A stretch of 64,000 nt of DNA, taken from Eubacterium sp. GTDB taxonomy: Bacteria > Bacillota > Clostridia > Oscillospirales > Acutalibacteraceae. The position numbers were made by a program, and so were the translations under genes. The notes beneath the pieces were generated by a model that saw only the letters and a list, made by a program, of their open reading frames with translations, did no database searches and was not told the origin of the DNA. Positions 11,258 to 21,589 of this stretch are shown one piece after another (positions within the stretch are counted from its first letter, which is position 1; each line of letters opens with the position of its first letter). The stretch covers positions 1,448-65,447 of the forward strand of contig JBJEPI010000021.1 in NCBI GenBank assembly GCA_051881175.1, written 5' to 3'.

Positions 11258-11961
11258 ACCTCAACAGCCTCTCTTAAATCAAGAGTTCCTTTGTAAATTG
11301 ATTTTCCGCATATAGCGCCGTACAGCTGACAGTCTCGCAGAGCAATAATGTCATCAATATTTGTTACTCCGCCGGAGGCTGTGATATCACAGGATACAGC
11401 GTTATTAAGTTCAACAAGCTGTTCAATATTGGGGCCCGAGAGTGTACCGTCCTTTGATATGTCGGTATAAATAATGGTTTTAACGCCCATTTCCTCCATT
11501 TGCCTTGCAAGGTCAACAAAATGAGTATCACTGCCCTCTGTCCAACCCTCGGTGGCAACAAAACCGTTTTTAGCGTCAATTCCAACGGCGATTATATCGC
11601 CGAATTCCTTAACCGCCTCTCTTACAAGCCGGGGATTTTTTAATGCCACAGAGCCTAAAATAACTCGGCTGATATTATTTTGAGCATAAAAATCAATATC
11701 GTTCATTGTGCGAATACCGCCGCCGATTTCAACCTTAAGGGGAGTTTGCTTTGCAACATCTATGAAGGTTTTGGAATTAATCGGCTTTTTTTGAAGAGAG
11801 CCGTCCAAATCCACCATGTGTATCCATTGGGCGCCTGCATCAACAAAGCTGAATGCAGTTTCAAGAGCGTCATCGGCAACCTGCTCGGCTGTGGAAAAAT
11901 CGCCCTTAAAGAGCCTTACCGGCTTTCCGTCTATTATATCAATTGCAGGAAAAATAAGCAT
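11248..11961 (-). CDS. hisA: ProFAR isomerase HisA
   Basis: [17 protein letters not shown]...HMVDLDG is HisA-type, not HisF-type. Start set at the internal ATG (11961), directly after the hisB stop. The track ORF extends to 12018. Confidence 0.88.
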   Translation of the reverse strand: MLIFPAIDIIDGKPVRLFKGDFSTAEQVADDALETAFSFVDAGAQWIHMVDLDGSLQKKPINSKTFIDVAKQTPLKVEIGGGIRTMNDIDFYAQNNISRVILGSVALKNPRLVREAVKEFGDIIAVGIDAKNGFVATEGWTEGSDTHFVDLARQMEEMGVKTIIYTDISKDGTLSGPNIEQLVELNNAVSCDITASGGVTNIDDIIALRDCQLYGAICGKSIYKGTLDLREAVEVCK

Positions 11962-11962
11962 A

Positions 11963-12541
11963 TCAAAGAACTCCCTTTGTTGATAGTACAGAGCCGTCGG
12001 CATTCTTTTTAACGGCAATATTTAAAGCGTGCGCAACTGCTTTGAAAATAGCCTCAATCTCGTGATGGGCATTGGCACCGTAGGGAACAATTATGTGGAG
12101 TGTAATGCCTGAATTCATTGCAAATGCACGCCAAAACTCCTCGGTACAGCAATTTTCATAGTCGCCGCATTTTTCCTGCTCAAAGGAAGCCTTGAAAACA
12201 AGAAACGGTCTGTTGGAAATATCAAGTGAAACCTGAGCAAGGCTTTCGTCCATGGGAATAGTGAAATTGCCGTAACGTTCGATGCCACTCATATCTCCCA
12301 AGGCCTGCTTAAAAGCCATACCAAGAGCAATGCCGGTATCCTCAACCGTATGATGAGTATCAACATTTAAGTCTCCGGTAACCTTGATTTTTAAGCCAAA
12401 GCCGCCATGCACGCCAAAGGCGGTAAGCATGTGGTCAAAAAAGCCAACGCCTGTTGAAACATCAACCTGACCGCCGTCAAGGTTAAGTTTAACACTGATT
12501 TGTGTTTCCTTTGTATTTCTTTCAATAACTGCAGTTCTCAT
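11963..12541 (-). CDS. hisB: Imidazoleglycerol-phosphate dehydratase
   Basis: 192 aa. R.T.ET.I...L.LDG, HH..E and HH..EA..KA motifs. Confidence 0.93.
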   Translation of the reverse strand: MRTAVIERNTKETQISVKLNLDGGQVDVSTGVGFFDHMLTAFGVHGGFGLKIKVTGDLNVDTHHTVEDTGIALGMAFKQALGDMSGIERYGNFTIPMDESLAQVSLDISNRPFLVFKASFEQEKCGDYENCCTEEFWRAFAMNSGITLHIIVPYGANAHHEIEAIFKAVAHALNIAVKKNADGSVLSTKGVL

Positions 12542-12572
12542 ATTACCGACAGCCTTTCTAAAATTTGTTTAA

Positions 12573-13859
12573 TTATTCAAATCTAACCTTAATGGAATTT
12601 GCGTGAGCAGTTAATCCCTCAGTATCTGCAAGCTTAATAATATCATCCTTAGCGTCAAAGAGCTCCTGTGCGGTGTAATAAATAAATGATGATTTTTTAA
12701 TAAAGCTGTCAACGCTGAGAGGTGAGAAAAATCTGGCAGTGCCTGAGGTTGGCAAAACATGGTTGGGACCTGCGTAGTAATCACCGAGAGGCTCCGGAGA
12801 CCAATTGCCAAGGAATACCGAACCGGCATTATCAATTTTGCCGATATATTTAAGAGGCTCGGCAACGCAAAGCTCTAAATGCTCCGGCGCAAGCTCGTTA
12901 GCAAATTTTATTGCCTGTTCCAAATCCTCACAAACAATTATTTCGCCGTAATTCTCAAGTGAGTCCTCAATAATAACCTGTCTCTCAAGGGTTTTAATTT
13001 GCTTGTCAATTTCATGCAGGGTTGCCCTTGCAATATCTCCCGATGTAGTAAGCAAAATAGCTGATGCAAGCTTATCGTGTTCGGCTTGAGACATAAGGTC
13101 TGCCGCCAAAAAAGCAGGATTGGCAGTTTTGTCGGCAACAATAAGGATTTCCGACGGACCGGCTACCATATCAATATCAACCACGCCGTATAAAAGCTTT
13201 TTGGCAGTGGCAACAAAAATATTTCCGGGGCCCACAATTTTATCAACCTTTGGAATTTTTTCGGTACCGTAAGCAAGAGCCGCAACTGCCTGAGCGCCGC
13301 CTACAAGAAAAACCCTGTCAACGCCGGCAACTGCTGCCGCCGCCATAATATTTGGATTTGGGTTACCGTCCTTTGCAGGAGGAGTAACCATAATGATTTC
13401 CTTAACACCGGCAATTTTTGCGGGAATTGCATTCATCAATACCGATGACGGATAAGCGGCAGTTCCGCCGGGAACATAAATTCCGACTCTGTGGAGTCCT
13501 CGAATTCTCTGCCCCATGATAACTCCGTTTTCCTGAGTTGTCATCCAAGACTGCTGAGCCTGACGAATATGGAAATTATAAATATTCTCTTTAGCGTTAA
13601 TGATGGCATTTTTAAAATCATCGTCAACCCGGTCAAGATATTCCTGAAGCTCGTCCTTTTCAATAACGGTTTTTTTAGGAACTCCGCCGTCAAAACGAAC
13701 CGTATATTCTCTAACCGCGTCGTCGCCGTTTTCCTTAACCTCGCTTATAATTGTTGAAACAATATCAACAATCTTTTGGTCGGTTTCGCCGCTTCGCTTT
13801 TTTAAATTTTCAATCAAGGCATATTCTGCCTTGCCGTTTGCCTTAGTAATTTTCATCAC
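12573..13859 (-). CDS. hisD: Histidinol dehydrogenase
   Basis: 428 aa. IDM.AGPSE and QAEHD motifs, with a full-length HisD-like layout. Confidence 0.95.
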   Translation of the reverse strand: MMKITKANGKAEYALIENLKKRSGETDQKIVDIVSTIISEVKENGDDAVREYTVRFDGGVPKKTVIEKDELQEYLDRVDDDFKNAIINAKENIYNFHIRQAQQSWMTTQENGVIMGQRIRGLHRVGIYVPGGTAAYPSSVLMNAIPAKIAGVKEIIMVTPPAKDGNPNPNIMAAAAVAGVDRVFLVGGAQAVAALAYGTEKIPKVDKIVGPGNIFVATAKKLLYGVVDIDMVAGPSEILIVADKTANPAFLAADLMSQAEHDKLASAILLTTSGDIARATLHEIDKQIKTLERQVIIEDSLENYGEIIVCEDLEQAIKFANELAPEHLELCVAEPLKYIGKIDNAGSVFLGNWSPEPLGDYYAGPNHVLPTSGTARFFSPLSVDSFIKKSSFIYYTAQELFDAKDDIIKLADTEGLTAHANSIKVRFE

Positions 13860-13867
13860 TTTGCCTC

Positions 13868-15481
13868 CTATACTCTGCTTGCAAGCTCCAAATCATTGAG
13901 AAAATCTTCAATTTCATTCTTCCTTAGCTTCATTGAAGCCATATTAACAATAACTCTTGCAGAGATTGGTAATATTTCTTCAACAATCTCCAAGCCGTTT
14001 TCCTTAAGAGTTGAACCTGTTTCAACAATATCAACAATTCCGTCGGCCAGACCAAGCAACGGTGCAAGCTCAACACTGCCCTCTATTTTGATAACAGAAA
14101 CATCCATGCCCTTTGATTCAAAGAATTCCTTTGCAACCTTTGGATATTTTGACGCAACTGTTTTTCTTTTGTAGCCCGAAAAGAAATCCGTACCCTTAGG
14201 ACATGCCAAAGCAAATCTGCACTTGCCGATGTCAAGGTCTATTACCTCATAAAATGATGAGCCATGCTCGACGATTGTATCCTTACCCACAATGCCGATA
14301 TCACAAACTCCGTGCTCAACATAGGTTATAACATCGGGTGCCTTTGAAAGCACGGCCTCATATTTATCCACAGGAAGGATCAATCTTCTGCCTTTATTTT
14401 CAAGCTCGGCAGTATCAAGTCCCATTGTTTTGAAAAGCTTTACAGATGATTTTTCAAGCCTGCCCTTTGTGAGGGCTATTCTAATAGGCCGCTCAACATT
14501 AATCACCTCGCGCATTGCCTCACATACAGCGGACACCTCAACACCAAAACCAATAGCAGGTGCAGGCATACCGAACTCGCCCAGCAGATTATCATATCTT
14601 CCGCCTGATAAAACAGTAAGCCCGGAGCCCTCGGCATAGCCGTGGAAAATAACGCCTGTATAGTAATTAGAACGATTAACAAGCCCTAAATCAAGCATAA
14701 TATAATCCTTTAAGCCAACCTGACAAAGCTTGTTGTAAACGGTTTTAAGATAATCAAGAGCCTCCAAAGCCTTTTTGTCGCTGTATAGTTCCTTAGCTGT
14801 ATCAATTACGTCAATATCGCCGAATAGGCTTGGAAGCTTTTTAATAAGCCTTGTTTCACGATTATCGCCTATTCTGTCAAGCAAATCACCAAGCGCGGCA
14901 TAATTCTTGCCCTCAATCAGCTTGCAAATATCTGCCTTTGTGGTATTTGAAATTTCCATTTTATCAAGAACGCAGTTGAAAAACGCCGCGTTGCCTATTT
15001 CTATTTTAAAGGAATTCAGGTCGCAACGCTTTAAGCTTTCAACCGCCATGGAAATAACCTCAATATCCGCTTGCATTGAGCCGTCGCCGATTAATTCAAC
15101 ACCGCTTTGTGCAATCTCATTAGGACGTCCGTTTAAATCCTTGGAACGCACAAAAACACTTTGATTATAGTAAAGCCTAACCGGAAAATCCTCGGCATTC
15201 AGCCTTGTGGCTACCATACGGGCGATGGGCATTGTATTGTCAGGGCGAAGAACTGTTGTTCTGCCCTTTGAGTCGGAAAGCTTAAACATTTCCTCAGGCT
15301 CTATGCCTGTATTATCGCTTTTGAAAACATCAAAATATTCGATAGCCGGCGTTAAAACCTTTCGATAATCGTTTTCTTTAAATAAATCCGATAGAATATG
15401 CTCAACCTTACGGCGATCGTCACATTCCTCAAACAAAAAATCTCTTGAGCCCTCAGGGGTAACTTTTGAATATCTTTTCAT
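13868..15481 (-). CDS. hisZG: Fused ATP phosphoribosyltransferase: HisZ regulatory domain (aa 1-~325) plus short-form HisG catalytic domain (aa ~330-537)
   Basis: The N-terminal part is HisRS-like without an anticodon domain (HisZ). The C-terminal part starts RIALTKGRLEK and contains DIGIVGKD and IVDIVETGSTL, which are HisG(S) motifs. It is a single uninterrupted ORF. Confidence 0.85.
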   Translation of the reverse strand: MKRYSKVTPEGSRDFLFEECDDRRKVEHILSDLFKENDYRKVLTPAIEYFDVFKSDNTGIEPEEMFKLSDSKGRTTVLRPDNTMPIARMVATRLNAEDFPVRLYYNQSVFVRSKDLNGRPNEIAQSGVELIGDGSMQADIEVISMAVESLKRCDLNSFKIEIGNAAFFNCVLDKMEISNTTKADICKLIEGKNYAALGDLLDRIGDNRETRLIKKLPSLFGDIDVIDTAKELYSDKKALEALDYLKTVYNKLCQVGLKDYIMLDLGLVNRSNYYTGVIFHGYAEGSGLTVLSGGRYDNLLGEFGMPAPAIGFGVEVSAVCEAMREVINVERPIRIALTKGRLEKSSVKLFKTMGLDTAELENKGRRLILPVDKYEAVLSKAPDVITYVEHGVCDIGIVGKDTIVEHGSSFYEVIDLDIGKCRFALACPKGTDFFSGYKRKTVASKYPKVAKEFFESKGMDVSVIKIEGSVELAPLLGLADGIVDIVETGSTLKENGLEIVEEILPISARVIVNMASMKLRKNEIEDFLNDLELASRV

Positions 15482-15515
15482 AGCATTAACCTGTCTTTCG
15501 CTTTAGCGTGCTAAT

Positions 15516-15544
15516 ATGCTAACACAATAAAGTGCTTATGTCAA
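15516..15544 (-). promoter_or_regulatory. Candidate sigma-A promoter for the his-recJ-relA gene string
   Basis: Minus strand reads TTGACA, 17 nt, TAGCAT, in the 87-bp gap between polC and hisZG. The -10 lies in a TTAGCA-TA-TTAGCA direct repeat. Confidence 0.4.
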
Positions 15545-15568
15545 CTATTATTTTTATAATATTAAGAA

Positions 15569-18500
15569 CTAAAATCCAAAGAAGGAAATCTGCCTTGTTT
15601 CCGGCAAATCACCAAGAGCACCTGCCTCACGCAGAGCGTCAACAACCGACTTGCCTACACCCGGCTCGTTTGCCAAATCGTCAGCGGCGGTAAAGCCCTC
15701 GGGATTACGCTTAACGGCATCGGCAATGGCAACAGCCGCGGTTTCGCCTATTCCGTCAATAGCGGAAAAGGGCAAACGGATTTTTCCGTCTTCAATTTTA
15801 TAAACACGGTAGTCCGATTTAATCAAGTCAACCGGTAAAAACTCGTAGCCGCGGGCAAGCATTTCTATTACGATTTGGAGTACAACATACTGGGATTCCT
15901 CCTTGGCTGTTGCATCGTTGCCCTTAAGCTTGATTTCGTTCATTTTCTTTTTAACAGCATCTTTTCCCTGAACTGCGGCAACGGCATCAATAGCGCCGCC
16001 GCGAACAGTGAAGAACGCACTGTAAAACTGAAGCGGATAGTATATTTTATACCAGGCAATACGCAGAGCCGCAATAACATAAGCGGCGGCGTGAGCCTTG
16101 GGGAACATATACTTTATTTTGTAGCAGGAGTCGATATACCACTGTTCAACGCCTATCTCCTTCATTGCTTCCTCATAAGGCGGAAGCTCCTTAGGAGCCT
16201 TGCCCTTACGGGTATATTCCATAATTTTAAAGCAATCCTTTTTAGATAGCGGAGATTTTTTACCGGTTCGTTTTTCATAGTTTTCAGCAACGTGAATAAG
16301 ATGAGTCATAATATCATCACGGCAGCCGATAACATCTGAAATAGTACAGGTTCCGTCTTTAATAAGCTCCTGTGCATTACCAAGCCAAACATCGGTACCA
16401 TGAGATAATCCCGAAATTTGAAGCAAATCGGCAAATGTTTTGGGCTTAGCCTCGGTGAGCATACCCACAACAAAGGGGGTGCCCATTTCGGGAATAGCCA
16501 ATGTACCTGTTGGGTTATCAATATCCTCAGGCTCAACGCCCAGCGGTGCACATGAGGTAATTAATTCATAAAGCTTTGGATCACATAAATCCACATCCAT
16601 AACCGGAATACCTGTTGAATCCTCAAGATACTTATATAGGGTTGGATTATCGTGGCCAAGCTCATCAAGCTTCAGCAATGTATCGTGAAGAGAATTTTTA
16701 AAGTCAAAATGAGTGGTATAAGTACCCTTTTTTTCATCATTTGACGGATACTGAATAGGTGTAAAATCCTCAACAGTGTATTTATCGGGAACAACAACCA
16801 TTCCGCCCGGATGCTGACCGGTTGTACGCTTAATCTTCCCCTTATCAATCAATGCGGCAAGGCGGTCAATTTCCGCTCTTGGAATAATTGACAGCATACT
16901 GTTGCTTTCTGCAAGATTATCCTTTGCCTTTTCAACCCGCTCGCCTGTATTCTTGTCACGCTCACGGTAATAGTTAAGAACATAACCGTAAGCCGTTTTT
17001 TCGGCAATGGTTGCCATGGTACCTGCTTTAAACACATATTCCTTACCGAACAGGGTTTCGGTAAATCTGTGAATTTGTCCCTGAACCTCACCTGAGAAAT
17101 TAAGGTCGATATCAGGCTCCTTGTCTCCGTCAAAGCCAAGGAAGGTTTCAAAGGGGATTTCGTGCCCGTCGCGATTCATGGGAGTACCGCAGTTAGGACA
17201 ATTCTTTGCCGGCAGGTCAAAGCCCGAGCCCACAGAGCCGTCAAGAATAAACTCGCTGTGCTTGCATTTTTTACAGTAGTAGTGAGGTGCTAAAGGATTA
17301 ACCTCGGATATACCGCCGAAATGAGCCGCCAAGGACGAGCCGACAGAGCCTCTTGAACCAACAAGGTATCCTCTTCTTTCGCTTTCCTCAACCAAACGCT
17401 TTGCAATAACATAAAGCACGCCGTATCCGTTAGATATAATTGAGTTAAGCTCTCTTTCAAGACGGGAAGCAACATATTCGGGTACAGGATCGCCGTAAAG
17501 CTCCTTTGCCATTGACCAGCACTTATTTGTTAATTCCTCGTCGGCGCCCTCAATATACGGCTGGAAGGTTCCGGGGGGAATAGGCGGAATATTATCCTGA
17601 ATCATGTCTGCAATTTTATTTGGATTGTCAATAACAAATTCCTTTGCCCTATCCCCTGCCCAAGCAAAATCCTCAAGCATTTCTTCCGTAGTTTTAAAGT
17701 ACAAGGGCGGTTGATTATCGGCATCGTCAAAGCCCTTTGACGCCATTACAATGGCACGAAGCTTGGAGTCCTCGGGCTTAAGGAAATGAACGTCCCCTGT
17801 TGCCACAACCAACTTGCCCAGCTTATCTGCCAGCTCCACAACCTTTTTATTAATATTTGTTAAATCCTCTTGGGTATTAATTTTCCAATAAGGATTATAT
17901 CTTTGCTCTCCCTTTTTGCTGACGGTATATTCCTGATTGCTTTCACGAAGCATAAACTCATTATTGCCGTTTGGCTGAATTTCCAAATAATCATAAAACG
18001 ACGCAATGCGAAGTAGTTCTTCGTCATCTTCGCCGCGAAGAATAGCCTGAATAACCTCGCCAAGCTCGCAGGCAGAGCCAATCAAAAGTCCGTCACGCTT
18101 TTGGGCAAGCATTGATTTTGGGATAAGAGGCCTTGACCTAAAGGTTTTAACATTTGAAGCAGAAATCATTTCGTACAAATTTTTTCTGCCGTACTTACGC
18201 TCCTCCTTTGGAATGCTCTCATCAAGGGAGGTATCCTCCTTAACAAGAAGGATTATATGATGACGGCGAAAATCCTTTAGCTTTGCATTCATATAATCGG
18301 GATAAAGCTCATCATCAACCAAATAACCCTCCATACCTAAAATCAGCTTAATGCCGTTTGCCTTTGCGGCACCGTAAGCCTCAGGCAGGGCCTGTACAAC
18401 ACCGTGGTCGGTAATTGCAACTGCTTTGTGTCCCCATTTAGCGGCACAGGCAACCAGCTGCTTTGCAGGAGTCATTGCGTCCATTTCCGACATGGAGGTA

Positions 18501-19489
18501 TGCATGTGGAGTTCAACACGCTTTTCGGGAGCGTTATCCATTCTCTCGTGCTTTTTAACCCTTTCAATGCTGTTCGGTCTCAGGACAAACTCATTGGAAA
18601 ACTTATCATATTGATAGCCTCCGCTGATAATGAGAGTTCCTGCCTCTTCAACTGCCTTGATAATCGGCTCAACAACACTGTTTCTGTCAAATATTTTAAC
18701 TGATATAGACGATGTATTATCACTTACGCAGAATGAGAAAATCTTTGAGTCTCCGCGCTTTGTGTCCCTAACGTCAACGCCGAAAACGTCGCCCCAAACG
18801 GTTACATAGCCGTCATCGGGCTGAACGTCGATAATCGGCTTTGGCAGTTCACGGATAGCTCGTCCCATAATCACCTTACGGGTATCGGCATAAAGCGGCA
18901 AATCGCCCAACATTTCATGAACTGTATTTTGTTCCTCTTCTTCTTTTTTCTTTTGCTTTTCCTCTTGCTTTACCTTAACCGCCTCGGCAACTGCCTTTTC
19001 GATATCAAAGCTTTCGACCTCTAAAAACGATACTTCAAATTCAAGGGAGAATTGGTCGTAGATAAGCTGAGAAATCGCTTTATGTATATCCTGATTTTCA
19101 AGAAGCTCCCTGCCGCCTTTTTTCAGGCAAAGGGTTAGCTTGTTATCCTTAAGCTCTGCCTCCACGCCGTCAAAAAAGCCGTTAACGGCACTGTGAGTCA
19201 GTCTAATAGGAGATATAATGGTTTCAATATCTTCGGTATCAAACAAATCGGGACTGTATTTAACCTTTAGCACTGCCCTCTTTAACTCAAGTCCGTTGCA
19301 AAGAGAGCTTTGAACTGACTCAATAATTTTATAATTCAGCAAAAAATCACTGATTATGCCCAATTCAAGAGTACGCTCATCTCTGGAAACCTTCATTGAG
19401 GTAATTTCCGCAGAGCCTACATAAACCAAGTCCTGTTCACTTATATATTTTGAAAAATAGGTACATACCTGTTTAAATTCTTTTGACAT
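15569..19489 (-). CDS. polC: DNA polymerase III PolC-type alpha subunit, apparently without the proofreading exonuclease insertion
   Basis: 1306 aa. It has a PolC N-domain, an OB fold, PHP motifs (ELHMHT, AITDHG), the Zn module CKKC..CPNC, GSRGSVGSS, PDIDLNF, and C-terminal KYMFPKAHAAAYV. No DEDD exonuclease motifs lie between LVDDE (aa ~395) and HHIILLV (aa ~410). Confidence 0.93.
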   Translation of the reverse strand: MSKEFKQVCTYFSKYISEQDLVYVGSAEITSMKVSRDERTLELGIISDFLLNYKIIESVQSSLCNGLELKRAVLKVKYSPDLFDTEDIETIISPIRLTHSAVNGFFDGVEAELKDNKLTLCLKKGGRELLENQDIHKAISQLIYDQFSLEFEVSFLEVESFDIEKAVAEAVKVKQEEKQKKKEEEEQNTVHEMLGDLPLYADTRKVIMGRAIRELPKPIIDVQPDDGYVTVWGDVFGVDVRDTKRGDSKIFSFCVSDNTSSISVKIFDRNSVVEPIIKAVEEAGTLIISGGYQYDKFSNEFVLRPNSIERVKKHERMDNAPEKRVELHMHTSMSEMDAMTPAKQLVACAAKWGHKAVAITDHGVVQALPEAYGAAKANGIKLILGMEGYLVDDELYPDYMNAKLKDFRRHHIILLVKEDTSLDESIPKEERKYGRKNLYEMISASNVKTFRSRPLIPKSMLAQKRDGLLIGSACELGEVIQAILRGEDDEELLRIASFYDYLEIQPNGNNEFMLRESNQEYTVSKKGEQRYNPYWKINTQEDLTNINKKVVELADKLGKLVVATGDVHFLKPEDSKLRAIVMASKGFDDADNQPPLYFKTTEEMLEDFAWAGDRAKEFVIDNPNKIADMIQDNIPPIPPGTFQPYIEGADEELTNKCWSMAKELYGDPVPEYVASRLERELNSIISNGYGVLYVIAKRLVEESERRGYLVGSRGSVGSSLAAHFGGISEVNPLAPHYYCKKCKHSEFILDGSVGSGFDLPAKNCPNCGTPMNRDGHEIPFETFLGFDGDKEPDIDLNFSGEVQGQIHRFTETLFGKEYVFKAGTMATIAEKTAYGYVLNYYRERDKNTGERVEKAKDNLAESNSMLSIIPRAEIDRLAALIDKGKIKRTTGQHPGGMVVVPDKYTVEDFTPIQYPSNDEKKGTYTTHFDFKNSLHDTLLKLDELGHDNPTLYKYLEDSTGIPVMDVDLCDPKLYELITSCAPLGVEPEDIDNPTGTLAIPEMGTPFVVGMLTEAKPKTFADLLQISGLSHGTDVWLGNAQELIKDGTCTISDVIGCRDDIMTHLIHVAENYEKRTGKKSPLSKKDCFKIMEYTRKGKAPKELPPYEEAMKEIGVEQWYIDSCYKIKYMFPKAHAAAYVIAALRIAWYKIYYPLQFYSAFFTVRGGAIDAVAAVQGKDAVKKKMNEIKLKGNDATAKEESQYVVLQIVIEMLARGYEFLPVDLIKSDYRVYKIEDGKIRLPFSAIDGIGETAAVAIADAVKRNPEGFTAADDLANEPGVGKSVVDALREAGALGDLPETRQISFFGF

Positions 19490-20535
19490 TATAATTTATC
19501 TATCTCTTTCATCAATTCGTCTAACAATTGGCTTTCCGGCACTTTTCTTAAAATCTCGCCTTTTTTGAATATAAGTCCGCAGCCGTCGCCGCCGGCAACG
19601 CCGATATCTGCCTCCTTAGCTTCACCGGGGCCGTTAACAATGCAACCCATAACTGCAACCTTAATGGGCTTTTTGCAATCGCGAAGTCTTTCTTCAACCT
19701 GCTTTGCCAGGCCAACCAAATCAATTTTTGTTCTGCCGCAGGTGGGGCAGGAAATTAAATACGGACAATCTGTTTTTAATCCAATCGCCTTTAAAATATC
19801 AAAGGCCGCATAAACCTCTTTAACAGGGTTATCTGTTAAGCTAACACGAATGGTGTCACCAATGCCGTGGGTTAATAACGAGCCGATGCCCACTGCAGAC
19901 TTGATAATTCCCATTCGCTCGGTGCCTGCCTCGGTTACGCCCAAATGGAGAGGATAATTACATTTTTCCGCCGCAAGCTCATAGGCTTTAATCATTGTGT
20001 TTACATTTGATGACTTAATGGAAATCACAATATCGTCAAAATCAAATTTTTCCAAAAGCGAGGCGTGGTATAAGGCAGATTCAACCATAGCCTTAGGGGT
20101 AGGTGAGCCGTATTTTGCAAGTATTTCCTTTTCCAAGGAACCTGAATTAACGCCGATTCTAATGGGTAGTCCCTTTTGCCTGCAAATATCGGCAACGGCC
20201 TTAACTCTGTCCTCGGTGCCGATGTTTCCGGGGTTAATTCTGATTTTATCAATACCTCTCTCGGCGGCACCGATAGCAAGCTTATAATCGAAATGAATAT
20301 CGGCAACCAACGGAACGGTTGTTGCGTTTTTGATAGGCTCAATTAAAGCTAAGGCCTCCTCATTGGGTACGGCAAAGCGAATAACCTGACAGCCTGCCTT
20401 TTCAAGCTCCACTGCCTGCTTAACGCTGTTTTCAATATCGTCGGCCGGAATATTCAGCATTGACTGAACTAAAACCGGAGAGTCGCCACCCATATAGGTG
20501 TTACCTATCTTAATTTTTTTAGAATTTCTGTTCAT
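19489..20535 (-). CDS. ispG: 4-hydroxy-3-methylbut-2-enyl diphosphate synthase
   Basis: GcpE family, with C-terminal CPTCGR and a Cys-rich cluster region. Start placed at the ATG at 20535, preceded by AGAGGTAGTT. The track ORF starts at 20562. Confidence 0.92.
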   Translation of the reverse strand: MNRNSKKIKIGNTYMGGDSPVLVQSMLNIPADDIENSVKQAVELEKAGCQVIRFAVPNEEALALIEPIKNATTVPLVADIHFDYKLAIGAAERGIDKIRINPGNIGTEDRVKAVADICRQKGLPIRIGVNSGSLEKEILAKYGSPTPKAMVESALYHASLLEKFDFDDIVISIKSSNVNTMIKAYELAAEKCNYPLHLGVTEAGTERMGIIKSAVGIGSLLTHGIGDTIRVSLTDNPVKEVYAAFDILKAIGLKTDCPYLISCPTCGRTKIDLVGLAKQVEERLRDCKKPIKVAVMGCIVNGPGEAKEADIGVAGGDGCGLIFKKGEILRKVPESQLLDELMKEIDKL

Positions 20536-20554
20536 AACTACCTCTAAACTACCT

Positions 20555-21589
20555 CTAAACAAGCTTTGTAATATCCGAAAAGGTTATTACACACATTAAT
20601 CCAAGTAATAAAACAAGTCCTACGCCGTTAATTGCCCATTCCCATTTGTCGGGCATTTTGCGTTTGAATATTCCCTCAAAAATCAGCAGGAACAAGCGCC
20701 AACCGTCAAGAGCGGGAATTGGGAACAAATTGAATAATCCCACATTTATTGTCAAGAGCGCCATTATTCTAAGCATTGACATTGCACTTGTTTTTACCGC
20801 AGTAGACACAACGCTTACGGCGCCAACAGGGCCGCTCATATCAGTTAATCCGTATCTGCCGACTATAATGTCATGAACGGATAAAAACACCATTCTTGTA
20901 AAGGAAATCCACTGCATGGCGGTTTCCTTAACAACATTGCCAAAGGTTTTCGGAACACCTAAAAGCCAAAAATCCATTGAAATGTAATTTTTACCCTCGT
21001 ATTCCTGCATATCAAATTTAACATCAAGATTAAGGGTTTCGCCGTCACGCTCAACCACCATCTCAAGTGTGTCATCCGGAGAACGTGAAAGCCCTGTTGT
21101 AACATCTGTTGATGTATATACTCGCATGCCGTCAATGGCTTTGATTTCGTCACCCTGCTGTAATACCGAGGAGCTGACAGCCGCGTCATCGAACTTTGCA
21201 ATTTTTGGGGTACCAACCAAATTATTTGATGAAACCATAACTGCGATAATAAGAAATCCCAATAACAAATTCATTAAAGCGCCGGCAATAACAACAAATA
21301 TACGCTGAATAACCCGTTTTTTTGCAAAGGAGTTGGCGTCGTCGCTTTCCTCGCTTTCGCCCTCCATTGCACAATAACCGCCAAAGAGAATTAATCTTAA
21401 GGTGTATTTGGTATCGCCCTTTGTAAACTGAAACAGCTTTGGGCCCATACCTATTGAAAATTCATTGACCTTAATTTTCATCAATCTTGCGGCAATAAAG
21501 TGGCCGCCCTCATGAATTATAATAATTAATTCAAAGAACAAAACTGCAATCAATATTGGGTATACAGTATTCCAAATATTTGCTAACAC
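20555..21589 (-). CDS. rseP: RIP site-2 metalloprotease RseP/RasP
   Basis: 344 aa. HEGGHF zinc motif, a central PDZ-like region and C-terminal LPIPALDG. Confidence 0.9.
   Translation of the reverse strand: MLANIWNTVYPILIAVLFFELIIIIHEGGHFIAARLMKIKVNEFSIGMGPKLFQFTKGDTKYTLRLILFGGYCAMEGESEESDDANSFAKKRVIQRIFVVIAGALMNLLLGFLIIAVMVSSNNLVGTPKIAKFDDAAVSSSVLQQGDEIKAIDGMRVYTSTDVTTGLSRSPDDTLEMVVERDGETLNLDVKFDMQEYEGKNYISMDFWLLGVPKTFGNVVKETAMQWISFTRMVFLSVHDIIVGRYGLTDMSGPVGAVSVVSTAVKTSAMSMLRIMALLTINVGLFNLFPIPALDGWRLFLLIFEGIFKRKMPDKWEWAINGVGLVLLLGLMCVITFSDITKLV

Noticed and set aside
15482-15568. Possible T-box or histidine leader-peptide attenuator upstream of hisZG.
   Set aside because: Only 87 bp are available. 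There is no His-codon-rich mini-ORF and no specifier or T-box sequence, only a plausible promoter.
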